Shown here: positions 31,301 to 39,500 of the stretch, piece after piece
How positions within the stretch are numbered: position 1 is the stretch's first letter
Layout: each line of letters begins with the position of its first letter
Source of the DNA: a virus
Strand: one strand, 5' to 3'
Virus record (IMG/VR): IMGVR_UViG_3300045922_000122
Span: 21,622 to 85,621 of that record
DNA: 64,000 nt
Made by a program: the position numbers and the translations under genes
The notes under the pieces: generated by a model
Seen by the model: only the letters and a program-made list of their open reading frames with translations
What the model was told of the DNA's origin: nothing
Databases searched by the model: none

Positions 31301-32287
31301 TCCACCAGTTAATAAATTTTTAAACTGAACATAATCAAAAAGACTTAATGCAGCAACATTAATTCCAAATATAGTATTTTGTAAATATTTCTTTTCTTCT
31401 TCTAATCTTTTTAATTCAAATTCAGGTATATTTTCACCATATCTATATTTTAAATTTTCTAATTGTTCTTGTTCCCATTCTCTACCATTAGATAAAGCTT
31501 CTATTCTAGCTTCACCCATTTTTCCTAAAATACTACTACCTATTTGATTTATAGCTGTCCTAGTTTTTATTTTACCAGCCATTTGTATAATATCATCTGC
31601 TATTTGTTCTACTCTCATAGGATTAGCTTCCATAGCAGTTAACATTCTTTTAGCGGTAGTTTTTAAAGTAGTGCTGCCTTGACCTTCTATCTTAGCTAAA
31701 GCATTTACAACTTTACTATATTTTCCTAATTTATTTAATGATAATAAAGCCCCTAAAATATTACCAGTTAAAACTGTTGCTCCTAAAGCACCTACTAAAA
31801 ATCCAGCATTTTCAAATTGATGTAGCCAGAAATTAGCAGTACTAAGTTTTTCATAAAAAGGTTTATTTTTATCTGCTTCAGTATCATAAAGTATATTATT
31901 AGTTCTAACTTCTTCTAACCATTCATCTAAACTAGAAGAAAAAGGATTATCTACAAAATCATTAAATTCTATCTCACCATCCTTACCACCTTTTGCCAAA
32001 TTTGCAATACCAGCTACAGTTCCTACAAAAGTATCTAAAAATGTACTACCTGCTATAGCTCCAAATACTTTTCCGCTTCTCCATAATTTATTAGAAAACG
32101 GTTGTAATAAAGCTGCTTCTTCATAAAGATTAGCAGTAGGCATTATATTATTAACGCCAAAATTATACAAATCTTCTTGAAGCTTTTTATTTACATTATA
32201 GTAAATAGGAGCACCTGATTCTTTAGTAATATCGTATTTAACTGTATCTTTTTTTGGAGTAATGTCTGAACTTCTAATGATTTCCAT
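16316..32287 (-). CDS. Virion-packaged RNA polymerase polyprotein (crAss-type) fused to N-terminal membrane/cargo region, two zincin domains and C-terminal effector domains
   Basis: 5323 aa; RIP...GSDFDFDK catalytic DxDxD (21959-21973); HEAFH (25754-25768) and HEYAH (17612-17626); Gly-rich hydrophobic N-terminal helices. Confidence 0.9.
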   Translation of the reverse strand: MEIIRSSDITPKKDTVKYDITKESGAPIYYNVNKKLQEDLYNFGVNNIMPTANLYEEAALLQPFSNKLWRSGKVFGAIAGSTFLDTFVGTVAGIANLAKGGKDGEIEFNDFVDNPFSSSLDEWLEEVRTNNILYDTEADKNKPFYEKLSTANFWLHQFENAGFLVGALGATVLTGNILGALLSLNKLGKYSKVVNALAKIEGQGSTTLKTTAKRMLTAMEANPMRVEQIADDIIQMAGKIKTRTAINQIGSSILGKMGEARIEALSNGREWEQEQLENLKYRYGENIPEFELKRLEEEKKYLQNTIFGINVAALSLFDYVQFKNLLTGGVKLNSKVLTDIITKSTTKEGLSFATKQMSKAEKIAKYIISGGKNPFAEMTQEQLQFATAEGTKDYFDLRTDKEALENTKTIIGSIFKGLEEAYGSAEGWENAFGGFIFGGLGLPYIKRNDKGNLRIGIGGGIANGIREYNESLKATNAAIAKANEYATNDKFRSLFDYMVSDAAIQKSKNEAYAKGFEAVARTQEKVQLANMVAAFSDIGQLDVLKEKINDLNSILEGSSSAETINKYKEELEFIEKSIQILESLDFSDLPENVENLDESPRNLSNIKKDGVIANLINRYNEIKNKLSLGEELQKEPKIGIEKAASELRKMLSYTVTENINGKETEVTKSPFDDLSDEALVSKMRNRLKKISERIDKFEELYQSINYRFSNYSEDTRKSLFLNVVQTEDVLERGNKLLRELQQIATKGKTSSRYNFRKEIKAKAEYENLLKRVLDKLSNNEFIDEELQKEGNDLLDLISFTKGKRYTNLEDLRDALKESIDKYGDLLLEKQSEFEQERDWRSAVDLQDFSRVMLDKDSRNAFLEDLALIEKDKENGKKEAEKGLDLLTLSDFRTKLVEAYYKMVTNEELEEYRREKKALSLLEKKKEKDAEKKAVNSEVAQLYKNLNTYVDGDDVLEKTYFPEVEALTKEAKELKTPIVKRASSELSSKFLSGAIVLSTDKGPVKRLFYKEGDPNTLYEQVKDSKGNWIFVELTYRKKDGTTFKRIKTKSAANFVKQVRENLEKTGVAFYEESFYSKKDREEYKKRLEEGNYTTSPEELEEAEETQETEKTTDKNKSEKITVRYTISYVNSEYLQRQDEINRINRQYQARIISLESLIAEQQDAVNNLKEINLSTINENIDTLQKEFEEVNKEYTERTSSNRFNSKQAKDKTYRLLQRGLEILRQLENLKSIKQERLNLIQQENSNVYEALQVLNKELEEVKASYNEFKKAAPTGKNVDNPEYLKKIKDKIKLYEETLNKFDKVKEDLSKYEEDIKTIIDKLNIELESINSQTTDLKKGFNSLLSDIIKRIPEGLLPEKTIDGLHAYFTSNKILDKDLEKDIEALFELSYDYFGKINFLEGRKVAILEEKSKLGYYNSLLKKLSSLSSFKVQADSLKKEYKNLVEEKAKTEKEVQKKFSVANKGVIETLDNELDEDLENDSYLYQATYVDLYGWAVSTGRDSERGDYGKPGESSNPVIEERRFFRWLENIGINEDPKNYKFMSVTINDEVYGLGKPNSVYNDPKIEGVNHNEDDIRLVLVDSENKPVIAYGGVVYAKLRDLSLNFKDTNSPRYSFFNKDLSKETKAEILSNALEVHKQIRDIIKKNSNKNFFFNITSFNPGKPISNKTKNSVVGTIVEKESDIADKLNILVSIGEKSEKGKTNRTITAGERRIVYPAGRVLFKLGNTWIPAITRKINRQEAETVYQLVKAYLQNYRSTLPNTASEKAKEAKTTESLNLSYKNLITYIENIVYLSENSVIPFDIKEDVLVLQNKVITLDTLEENKDEIIETLQKKVLNVNNRILALLNNKNKEENLPKYKSVLWNGYSFEETEWDSYKHYLTSPLMPNGTTRQIEDIPLTTFLRIKQDATEDDIINDKVRRFQQGYATFEPNPLSPDSTLSGESKETINNTIPQTEDNKSKVTKITAIREDNNFNVIVDVKNRKFKIETKERIPEVDEFENKINLDFGGNNMETKSVEQIIKEIEDNILPILGKPKYSFKITKEFEQNLEKKAQESNIKNEASLEGFFGEAPKVDLNDPNINPEAKPKTNSNNFSDIDKAIDDAINSAFRIYTGILDTINIEEAENWLVETLGIDITDRESYERVDNLIEGIASGRILSNGKILLSTMGEQGTEYHEAFHYVSNLLISKEEQKELWDEWRLINNKPDATDKEAEEGLAEGFAIYMLNKKAKSKKQESLFRKILNLIKAAFSLNTNKKIEDFYARIERGEFKNAKKVRENLMFSKLDSVRNINNAAVAKRIHNKVISKLLANDIKILYLFNSDDFKEIIRPIYNASFKEMLEEDGLTQKFEELPYERKKEILQQAVVIHKDFIKALGYTQPSEEDIEEDDISEEESDLSLGKDEVISKEVSNESYKEAYLINQKSKIKTPLRLVLASFADTYEYDKFINKLMNKLANSISYEEIKGRLLNSKDTGFRKLYNLLNLLEDRAKNGDYYSAQFIVSFYNSFSKHKENFENLIVNRDGTVNRVNTNTTKTQDITLRKWLNNLLTINNDLVYRENGTIRLTKKGKEYLASTTTQQLDFLEKLGIKFENKEAVKNYLNSENGIEDLKSITLLINDLKSEKITLDKLGSKDFYTNTSLSRLKRLVELESSFNEDVVENVAVTSKGEMIYSITLHNYISRLVYKLSSGIIPNFLNKNTNIYARDSIILERISKKKNAIRVGITNGMSKAAETGQDVSQLSFKDFLIVELNNILSKNFSFLITGDKKSFRTFSLDNFFINISGYSKFDMVKQTVDQLYKYYLTELEIIKQKKNKDKIIVNGEQFLNDLVIFKNIRDKNGNTINIIDSEEVVKNKIKDYVEFQITSNYNLFKNNGIIKSNKINVSKEILREVLNIKEGKEKELTEEQIEKVVTAFTTNYIISAIEQTKVLFGNPAYYITKYKGNIPDLTASFIDMFKRYAGAVATTKQVINTPVINEYMDTYMPRVDGKTGEDRLKVKVVTFEDIVSVKEELSILGVKGYDEIDETDSFGIILDDLYRDLLFRSDSWSEEMNKAWELESKGEEANSILPSIKPVIYGNSSEEELKPFYVKFALLRLSPTLIKAIKEDSEAFPALYSLLEKMRNNQIDIGVFRSGNKIGFKLKKGEKGKYQGQPLYNESGEIADIDNELVTEIPIESIGIQVENSPKDAKETSRGTQEAAIIATDLADKGTFKKGTITIKNKVLTIEEAVRDLFKAQSDLTDYYLDKVKQELNLKYENGRAVFSDGGEALKKLLIEEINSRGEIPDNQIEALILELEGLEKGKPVYLDLLVNYNKLEPILYSIFENKAVNQKRFGKSLVQFPDTGTELKVRERINGKYKSNGLKFYENGKTMEIYLPYYFGNILSEGQTINKIDPNNLKMYGFRIPTEQLNSLESIVVKGFLPKSYGNTCIVPSGITKKVGSDFDFDKINIYFPNFIRKKVDKIDLEDFENSYEYFNYTDEDDRIAIKNLLKSSNYTFTELLQALNSYSLKSDKGELGKLKESKAYKSYSEDTKTAISNLKLALINFNRRKNEENKNLKKYEYIYVEPNEENLNNPELREKALQNKILEYTIALLESRSPKDKLEPNSISKYKDLSLVIEKKLQEFYPDRVINNYSFTDLLNFKTISTLRNMFWYGKGLVGIFALANKSHPLFQIADIRINSNLKLDDEVLNFSINFKGIEKDSNGYYSLGNIYTVDENGNPTNEKISNVLGQGVSLAVDVVKNPEVMERFNLNAETADVFLFLVSAGLPSQTALYFISQPIIREYVEIISRHKSISTMISTKEDELEQLKTKYGDYKYNKLTLEQLQQFNRQVQQNILEDFLTYKKVAFKISQMRSAFSFDTRGLGSTDAVKDLLKTNREILTSGNFKNLDRYLQFTFLDSFKKVYNASLFTFKDLIFTEQFDEVVYSLDSFREELLERVFKSKNRNKVSKLLKNDFKISILTSGEKFANWQSLFKGDESLPKRLKKYQEEVKDSRLDYLIPMINPDGDGIDNIRLSNRNFNAYVMQEIASAIEDMFNRGGKDLSLATDLIKFSMLQSGYNFTQFSINQILPAVISRKVVKTILDKIDINAHINTFNIFRRNFYINNWRNSDIVPYVSYSKASKLILRVNDYKAAPFIKTTDNNDIYRLYERIGLDGSGRFYIYQEIPLPVIANIKGKIWTTDINNLNSGSINSTNTINEVGNNQNLLSEPNRQRQTASEIYSNKQFTNLPIKKSNPININAKFPKDQIKADYADGIIAYGEPGTSTYKYANAFGGTRTSFKAGETIMISVNGKGRPNQAENLEKTKKAIDLALSQGVKFFIADNENDANSNHNSVGEGAIRKYLLDKGLEYQPFNGVGLYINKSNNQTFNQISNNNYYPLDLNLVKELQEKIQSLYPELGLNITNNPTWETDKNVFNQTIPDEINKFELFENQDTLCPNGICNFTAKESTEYLKKIGLNPYPSSPNGDQLSVFVKSPLGNFDITHYVSAVAINNAIYIYDMPQHEFISNEFFGLGSHVKVKETYKPRLIPLTLDDIQANYNLSPKEAGRFIYRILEAQGWAGADATPPFREYIEQNISNPKEYINLLENEIKNSEYEEKNYIEEYIKEIENRKKEVKEKPLSSKEEKQVIKYYENKLKLKTREYLPKKTSTFSLRSLVKSVIGDSFENRISYNNFEESLQSLDKYLKSEDFINDLLDKREKYLQKLKSINEYVNKVYSLSRLFASFTKKVKLEGIENAIKKFDKNQQYTLRSYLPYNILSKYKSNEQAAFLLKQYWSNKDNIVKNLSINKLDTISKVDTFSDLILNRYKAHSQFNKYNTVLNFLKSTNFDASYLYQVISNEAIRKYKYFEKIGNIQFQKDELNRIIGQANIKAGTVLIDALNQRIDTLPHEYAHHYIAWFRNTPIVQEAIRKWGSEEALVQSIGEQAVKQRGEAWNWWTKFVKWIMDKFNSLSKLQKQELTQILTDAFLKRVDLETGEVGFSSERLRELQNRASGIFNQRENQIKTGVKELFNQYRELASIGTLEQYSAYLDTIFPDSKVKDIVYHYGYIPKNNNFIHFGSKKAALTRKLYAEEKGKSLYLSIINIKNPLFKRDSGDESPARFIKDIQNAGFETGINQDYDVPKGDDWFKVKNNYPNKSTFNGKEIPDINDKKIVENKLLNSKFDGFVYINTGEGTNDESFVVFRPEQVHILGSKQDIEGFREFVKNDNIVENNQYENINQQVEELFDKNLQLANEIYKTLGFDVIDESEITYTDEEGNPCAKDGMSFNKFTKGGKWEIVKEFKGASHERGGIDIEISNGTIKMTGKQGQIKAKNGLVINSKTLK
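16665..16707 (+). repeat. 43-bp direct repeat, copy 2
   Basis: ATATTATCATTTTTAACAAACTCTCTAAAACCTTCTATATCTT. Confidence 0.9.
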
Positions 32288-32327
32288 TTATTTTATTTTA
32301 TTTATTTAATTACTTACTTTGTTAACT

Positions 32328-34646
32328 TTATTTTTTATTTTTAGTAGCTTCGTAAGCTTCTTGGTCTTTTAAAGTAAAACCACTTCTATCTTCGTCAAAA
32401 ATCAACCAATATTGTTTTTTACTTAAATCTATTTGTTTACCACCTACATTAATAACATCATTCATTAAAGGAAGCTTATATTTATTTGCATTTTGTGCTC
32501 TAACGTAATCTAAATAAACATCAAAAGGAGTTTGATTACGAATTATATTTTGCAACATATTATTATAAACCGAACTAGCTGGTATAAATATTTTTTTGGT
32601 ATTATTTCCACTAGTTACATTAAGTATAACTCCTGGCTCTAACCCTTCTTTAGTCATTAAAGGAGCTTTAACATAACCAGCTGTAACTTGTATACTTTCT
32701 TTTAATTTATCATCACTTTTAAAAGGGGTCATTGAAGATAATATACTTTTTAAAGTAAGTCTTTGACCTAAAGTATTATTAGATAATTCATAACCAGTTA
32801 TATCTCCAAGCCTACCAAATAAATTATTTTTATCAGATAGTTGTTTTAATAAAGTTTCAGAACTTTCTAATTCTTGTTGAGTTTGACCTATTTTTGTATA
32901 AGTTTTAATAACAGATACTTGATTTTTGTTATCATTAAATTCTTTAGTATATTTTTCAATTTCACTACTTATTCCTTTTATTTCTTTAGGAACTGTTGTA
33001 AATTGTGTCTTTACTTCTAAATTATCTGATTTTGTAATTGAATACCAATCTCCAAAATTTCTAGGCTGTTCTTTTTTATTCTCTTTATATTCTTTTAATT
33101 TTTCTTCTTCAGTTTTAAGATGATTAAAATATTTATTTAATTTATCTTTACCTATTTTTTGTTCTAAAAATTCTCTATATTCATTAGCAGTATTAACATA
33201 ATCTTGATATTTTAAATCATCAAATTTTAATTTTTCTATAGTAGAAGCTATTTCGTCTCTTTTAGCTTTATCTTTTACATGCGGCAATGCTCTTTGTAAA
33301 AGTTCTATAGCTTTACTGATAGGAGTTATTCCTTTAGCTTCTTCTTCTGGTGTAGTTTTAAATTTTTCTAAAGTAACTTTTGCTGATATATTCTTAATAT
33401 ATTCAGGAGCAGTTTTATCTACACCATTTATAGCTTCTGCTACTTTAACTAAAGCAGAAATTGCTAAATTATCTTTATTTTCATCTTTAAATAAAATATC
33501 AGAACTTAAATCATATTCTTTTTTAACTCCTGGTTGTGGATAAACTATAACATCTGAATCAGGTGTACCGCCACCTTTACCACTACCATCAAGATTAGAA
33601 TAAGTAGTACTAGTTTCTCTTTCAATATTACCATATTTATTATATGCAAATCCAAACAATTCTCTACTTTTATCTTCTTTAATTCCTTGTTCTACTATTA
33701 AAGGTGCTAATCTAGGTTCTTGTATTACCTTATTGGCTATATAATCCACATCTAAACCAGAATTTTTCATCATTAATTTAGCATCTCTTTCAAGAGCTTT
33801 TTCATTATTTCTATATTTTCTAGGTTCTTTTCTTAAAAGTTCTAATTTTGTTTCTTGCAAATTTTTATTTAAATAAACTAAAGCTTGCTCTGGAGTAGCA
33901 TTATGAGATTTAACTTTTGCCCAAAAATCTAAATAATCTTTAACTTCACTATCATTTAATACTCCTTTAACTATACTTCTAATAGTATTCTCAGGTATAA
34001 ATTTAATTAATGATTGAATTTTTGCTACCTTACCATTAAAATCAGAAGTAGGGTCTTTTACTATTTTTTCATATTCTTCTTTAAATTTATAGTCAGTTAC
34101 ACCTGAAAAAGCATTAGTTAATTTTTCTATAAAATTTACAGTTTTAGGAGGTTGTAGAGTATAATTACTATAACCTATAATATTACCACTAACAGGGTCT
34201 TTACGAAATCCTTTATTTTCTTTATATAAATTATCTACATAAGCTTTAATAGTTTCAGCTTCAATAGTAGTTATATCTTTTCTTTTATCTATTTCTTCTC
34301 TATACTTATTTCTATCTTCTACTTGCTGTATTATATCTTTATAATCTTTAGCAAAATCTTTAATTGCTTTTCTAACAATTCTTCCTCTATTTTCATAATC
34401 TCCTAGTTTAGAAGCTTCTTCTATATAACTATAAGCTTTTTCAAAAGCTGCTTTTTTTGCAGCAATATCATTTTCAGCATTTAAAGATTTCAAATTATCA
34501 GCAGCTTCTTTTAAAGAATCATATAAAGCTAGATTTTCATCATAATCTTTTATTAATCTATCTTGAAGTTCTTTGTATTCTTTATGAGAGCCTTCAACAT
34601 AAGGTTTAACAAAAGGAACATATTGCAAAGGTTGTACTAAACTCAT
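32328..34646 (-). CDS. Putative virion cargo (internal) protein
   Basis: 772-aa helical protein directly upstream of the virion RNAP, matching crAss-like gene order. Confidence 0.6.
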   Translation of the reverse strand: MSLVQPLQYVPFVKPYVEGSHKEYKELQDRLIKDYDENLALYDSLKEAADNLKSLNAENDIAAKKAAFEKAYSYIEEASKLGDYENRGRIVRKAIKDFAKDYKDIIQQVEDRNKYREEIDKRKDITTIEAETIKAYVDNLYKENKGFRKDPVSGNIIGYSNYTLQPPKTVNFIEKLTNAFSGVTDYKFKEEYEKIVKDPTSDFNGKVAKIQSLIKFIPENTIRSIVKGVLNDSEVKDYLDFWAKVKSHNATPEQALVYLNKNLQETKLELLRKEPRKYRNNEKALERDAKLMMKNSGLDVDYIANKVIQEPRLAPLIVEQGIKEDKSRELFGFAYNKYGNIERETSTTYSNLDGSGKGGGTPDSDVIVYPQPGVKKEYDLSSDILFKDENKDNLAISALVKVAEAINGVDKTAPEYIKNISAKVTLEKFKTTPEEEAKGITPISKAIELLQRALPHVKDKAKRDEIASTIEKLKFDDLKYQDYVNTANEYREFLEQKIGKDKLNKYFNHLKTEEEKLKEYKENKKEQPRNFGDWYSITKSDNLEVKTQFTTVPKEIKGISSEIEKYTKEFNDNKNQVSVIKTYTKIGQTQQELESSETLLKQLSDKNNLFGRLGDITGYELSNNTLGQRLTLKSILSSMTPFKSDDKLKESIQVTAGYVKAPLMTKEGLEPGVILNVTSGNNTKKIFIPASSVYNNMLQNIIRNQTPFDVYLDYVRAQNANKYKLPLMNDVINVGGKQIDLSKKQYWLIFDEDRSGFTLKDQEAYEATKNKK

Positions 34647-34662
34647 AATTTTTTAATCTTAT

Positions 34663-35481
34663 TTAATCTGAATTTTTATTTCTTTTTTGTTTATTTTCTT
34701 GCTCATTTTCTTCTTTCTTATTTATACCGTATAAATAACGTAATATAAAAGGTAAATACGCATCACTTCTTTCTGCTGTACCTCTACCAGCATTCATTCT
34801 AGCTATTTGAATTTTTTCTTTTTCAACATCGTAAGCTCTTGAAGAAGCTAAATTACCCATTAACCCTTGTAACCAAGCATTAGCAGCAGCTTGTTTATTA
34901 GCAAGTTTAACATTTTCTCCTAATGTCTTCATTTCAAGATACTTATTTAAAGCATCTGCTTTTCTAAGTCTATATTCATTACTTATTTGAGTATTAGTAT
35001 TATTAATAGCAGCATCAGTTTGCATTTGATTTACTGTAGCTTGATTCATTTTATCCATAGCTTCTCCAGTAATAGCTAATCTTCTAGCAAACCTATCTTG
35101 AACATTACTACTAGACCTATCTATATTAACTCCAGCAGTTTGAGCTTCTTTACTAATCATGTATTTATTATACGGTAATAAATTTAAATTACGCATATAT
35201 GCAGGTTGAGGAATATCAGGCATATAAGCAGATTGTTGTCTATCAGCATTTTTTAAATTAGCTAGATAGACTATTGTATTCATGGCTTGCTCTGGAGATA
35301 GAATTTTATTAATATCGCTATAATCTCTATAAACTTTTTCTTCTTTTACATCAGGTCTAGGTAAGTAGCTAGGAACTTCAAATTTAGGAAGCTTAAATTC
35401 TTTAATATTAGGAATATTAATATTAGCTTTTCTTGGTTCTATAGGTTCTATTTTAATAGGCTTTCTTTTAATTGGTGGCAT
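34663..35481 (-). CDS. Putative cargo protein (A/N/Q-rich helical)
   Basis: 272 aa with a composition typical of ejection proteins; located between muzzle and RNAP. Confidence 0.55.
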   Translation of the reverse strand: MPPIKRKPIKIEPIEPRKANINIPNIKEFKLPKFEVPSYLPRPDVKEEKVYRDYSDINKILSPEQAMNTIVYLANLKNADRQQSAYMPDIPQPAYMRNLNLLPYNKYMISKEAQTAGVNIDRSSSNVQDRFARRLAITGEAMDKMNQATVNQMQTDAAINNTNTQISNEYRLRKADALNKYLEMKTLGENVKLANKQAAANAWLQGLMGNLASSRAYDVEKEKIQIARMNAGRGTAERSDAYLPFILRYLYGINKKEENEQENKQKRNKNSD

Positions 35482-35485
35482 TATT

Positions 35486-36511
35486 TTAACCTTTCTTTTT
35501 TAAAATATTTTCAACTTGTTTTTGTAATTCTTGGTCTTGAAAAGCAGCTTCTATTAAACTGTTTATTCTTGTTACCATAGCTTGACCTGTTTTAAAAGTC
35601 AATGGATTATTACTATCAAGCTTCTTTTCAAATTTACCTTTATAACTTCCTAACTTACTAGCTATATTAGCATAAGTTGGATTTTTAGGGACTTTTATTT
35701 TTATTGCCGATAAAGCAGAAATAAGGGCTGGAGATGCTTTTAACCTATCACTAAACACTCGTTCTCCTCCAATTCCCATTACTCCTCCATTTTCATGAGT
35801 TTGACCAACAGCTCTAGTCATATCAGAAGCCAGATTTTCTTGACCTTGCAATTGAGCATCTGCTCCTTGTACTACTTCATTATCTTCTACTTCATATTGA
35901 GGTAACATGCCACCATTAGAAAATATATAACCACCTTTTCTATACATACTAGTATATACTCCAGTAGGTTTAAATCCTTGAGCTATAGCATTTTCATTAT
36001 TATTAACAGCCATATCAGAATATTCTTTATTTCTACGCAATCTAGCTCCTTCTATTTCTCTATTAACTTTAGCTGTATTTTGGGAATTAGTAATAAGGCT
36101 ATATGTACCATAACCTAAAGCACCAACAATAGCACCTATTGGACCACCAATAGAAGCACCCATAGAAGCTCCTTTTAAAGCACCACTAGCAAAAGCAGAT
36201 AAATTATCTTGAACTTTATATTCTCTACCGTAAATATCTGTTTTGGTTTGTTGTGTAACATTATCTAGAATACCACCTGCAACTCCAGCTGTTGTACCAA
36301 CAGCACCCATAGTATTAAATTCTTGTGCAGATGCAGGTATAGCCTTATTATTATTAATATAAGGTTTACCAAAAGTTACATTATTTAAATAATCAGGATT
36401 TCCTTGTATGTTTAAGTTAGGAGTATAACTAAACATAGATTTATTAGGATTTCTCCAACCAAATCCTTGTCTTATATAATCTATATAAGGGTCATTATTA
36501 TTAACAGCCAT
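35486..36511 (-). CDS. Putative cargo protein with glycine-zipper membrane helices and THENGG domain
   Basis: GASMGASIGGPIGAIVGALG; YRKGG, FSNGG, EVEDNEV, THENGGV and GGERVFSDRLK motifs. Confidence 0.65.
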   Translation of the reverse strand: MAVNNNDPYIDYIRQGFGWRNPNKSMFSYTPNLNIQGNPDYLNNVTFGKPYINNNKAIPASAQEFNTMGAVGTTAGVAGGILDNVTQQTKTDIYGREYKVQDNLSAFASGALKGASMGASIGGPIGAIVGALGYGTYSLITNSQNTAKVNREIEGARLRRNKEYSDMAVNNNENAIAQGFKPTGVYTSMYRKGGYIFSNGGMLPQYEVEDNEVVQGADAQLQGQENLASDMTRAVGQTHENGGVMGIGGERVFSDRLKASPALISALSAIKIKVPKNPTYANIASKLGSYKGKFEKKLDSNNPLTFKTGQAMVTRINSLIEAAFQDQELQKQVENILKKKG

Positions 36512-36513
36512 AT

Positions 36514-39500
36514 TTATCTAGTTACAGGTAGTATAGAAATTTCAATGTGCAATATACGAAATTCTTTTGATTTTTGCAAATTTAAAGCATTATTATAAGA
36601 AAGTTTTATTGCAAACCATTGGTCAACAAGTGGTGTAATTTGAGATTTAGGTTTATTTAAATCTATTTTACTAGTATCTAATTTTGAAAATTCAGTTATA
36701 AATGGTTGACCTGAATTAAATACATTTATAGCTAACCAATCTTTTAACTTGTTAAAATTCCAAAGTCCTTTTATAAGACGAATATTTGAAGAAAATAAAT
36801 TAGAAGGAGATAAAAGTACTACTGTATTTTGTATAGGAGTTGATTGGTAGCTGTTAAAAACTAAAATTGTAGTAGGCGGAGTATTTTGATAACGACCTTC
36901 TGCTCCAAGTCCTTTAAGTTCAGATAATATACTATCGGTTTGAAAACTAAGATTTACAAGCTGTACTCTATTCGTTTTAAAGCCGATAACTGGAGTAATA
37001 CTAAACTCATAGGGCGTAGCCGTTTCAGAAACAGGGTTGTCTACATCTGTAATAACTGTATTTTCATAAATACCTTTATTATCCTGATTCATTATAAAAT
37101 GATTAGAGCTATATATAAAGCTGAAGTTTATTATAGGAGGACTAATTGAATTATCTGTTTCTATTATTTTGTTACTTACTGCAATTAAAGATTGCCTCCT
37201 AACCATATATCTTATAGGAAAATAATCATGAAAGTAGGTAAAAACTTTATTGCTTATATCATAAGATATAGTAAAAGACTTATTAATAAAATAAGTTGTA
37301 TTATCATAACCTACTTCTACTTTTGTTCCAAGAGGACTATATAAAACCCATATATTATTTTCAAATCTTAATCTAGTACCTACATTGGCTTCAAAAGCAG
37401 TTTTTCCTGCTTCTGTTAATTCATAATATTTTTTAGTTATTATAAATCTATTAAACTCATAATCTATACCACAATGTATTCCAAACCCAGAATAAGGATT
37501 ATCTGGGACAGTAGCAGTTCTGTTAATATTAGTAAATGTTCTAGTTTTTATATCTAGATTTTCAAATAACCATCTAGACATACCTGAAAGTGATATTATT
37601 TGAGGAGTTTCTCCTATTAGTACGACTGCACCTTTTTTTCTATCTACAAATAAATATCCAAAAGAAGATAGTAAACAGCTAAATCTATCTAAATTTCCTA
37701 TACTACCTTCTTTTGAAGGAACATACTCCATAGCAGGTCTTTCAAATATATTACCTGCTCCTATAAAAGCTGTACTATTTCCTATATTTAATTGCTCATT
37801 TCCTACTGTTATAAAAGTAGAATTTTCTGTATTTATAATTAAATTTCTATCTACTCCTTGTATATTTGTTATAACTCCTTTATTTCTAGGTATTTCATAG
37901 TAATCATTTACCAACCATGTTTTCCAACCAATATCAGTAGATTCAGATTGTTCTGCTATTGTTCTATGTATTCTATAAGGAAATTCATCAATATTTTTAA
38001 GATAAGGATTATAGCATAATAAAGGTTTAATATCATTAATACTACTATAATCCATGTTATATTGTTTATTAGTTTCTATAACATAACTATCTATGTGCAT
38101 GTGATATTGAGAACCATTCTTAGGATAAAATTGTAATTCTGGTTTATTACCATTAGAAGTTCTTAAAGCATAGTTTATTAAAGATATATTTGGATAAACC
38201 CATAATGCTCTAACTCCAGCAAAGTTTTGACCTATAGGTTTATGTAAATTATTAGAAGTAATACCACCCCAACCTGTTGTATGAAAAGATGATATTGTAT
38301 TAAAGCAATCTCCTTTAAAAATATTTCCAGAAATATTATTATTTTTATCGTAATATATACCTGTATTTACCAGAGTTTGGTCAAACATATTTTCATAAAC
38401 ATTATTAGGTAAAGCCATTAAAAAGCTTAAATATGTTTGATTATATATACCATTAAAAGTACTAGCACTTCTAAAATTTATATTATTAGGATAAATTGAA
38501 CCAGTATTTATAGTTTCTATAGGAAATGTTTTATTATGATTTACTTTATTTGAAGGAGAAGGTGTAGAACAATTTACATCTACTAATAAAGTATCTTCTA
38601 AGAGTTCGTTTAATTCATTACCACTATTACTGTTTTTTACTAAGTATTTATAAGAATTTATTTTTCTTATTCTAACATCTATATTAATATTATTACTATT
38701 AGGTGTAAAAGTATTAGTATCTGAAACTTCTACTTGACTAGTTCTATAAGATTTTTGATAGTTATTAGTTCCTATAAGACCAGAATAATCATAAGTAAGA
38801 GCAACTTGTTTTTTATTTTGACCGTTATGCTGTATACTGTTAGGAACTGTTGCTATTCCAGTATTTAAAAGTAATTCATTTGATATAAATACAGGATTAA
38901 TATCTGGAGTATTTTTAAGTAAATTTAAATCATAAAATCTTATTAAAGCATTTTGAATATTATAGTTTGAGTCTCTATTTAAAACAAATGGAGTAAAAGG
39001 TTCTACAAAAAAATCAGAGTTACTATTATTATAATCTTCATAAAAAATATAATTTGCTCCACTGTACCAACTTTTATCGTACATTGCTACACCAGAATAA
39101 GATTGTCTAGCAGTACTTTGAAATGCAATAGCAGAACTTCCTATAACTGTGCTATTATTATAATCTCTTTTTGCATAAGATATAAACCAAGATTTTACAA
39201 AAGGTTTTATATTATTAGGTATGTCTACATTCTCTACTTTAATTCCTAAAGTAGGTAGCCATGTAATTCCTAAAGCATCATTATTAGCAGGTGAAATATT
39301 AAAACATAGATTTTCTCTAAAAAAATTAATAGAAGGAAATCTATGATGTCTAATAGGTTTATTTCTTAAATCTATTCCTCCTATACCACTACTATCATAT
39401 TCTGGTAAATTTGGATAAGTTTCAGTATTTTCCCAAAGTCCCATTTCTCCTACTGCTAACGGAGAAGTAGGAGTCAATATACTACAAGTATCTTCTACTT

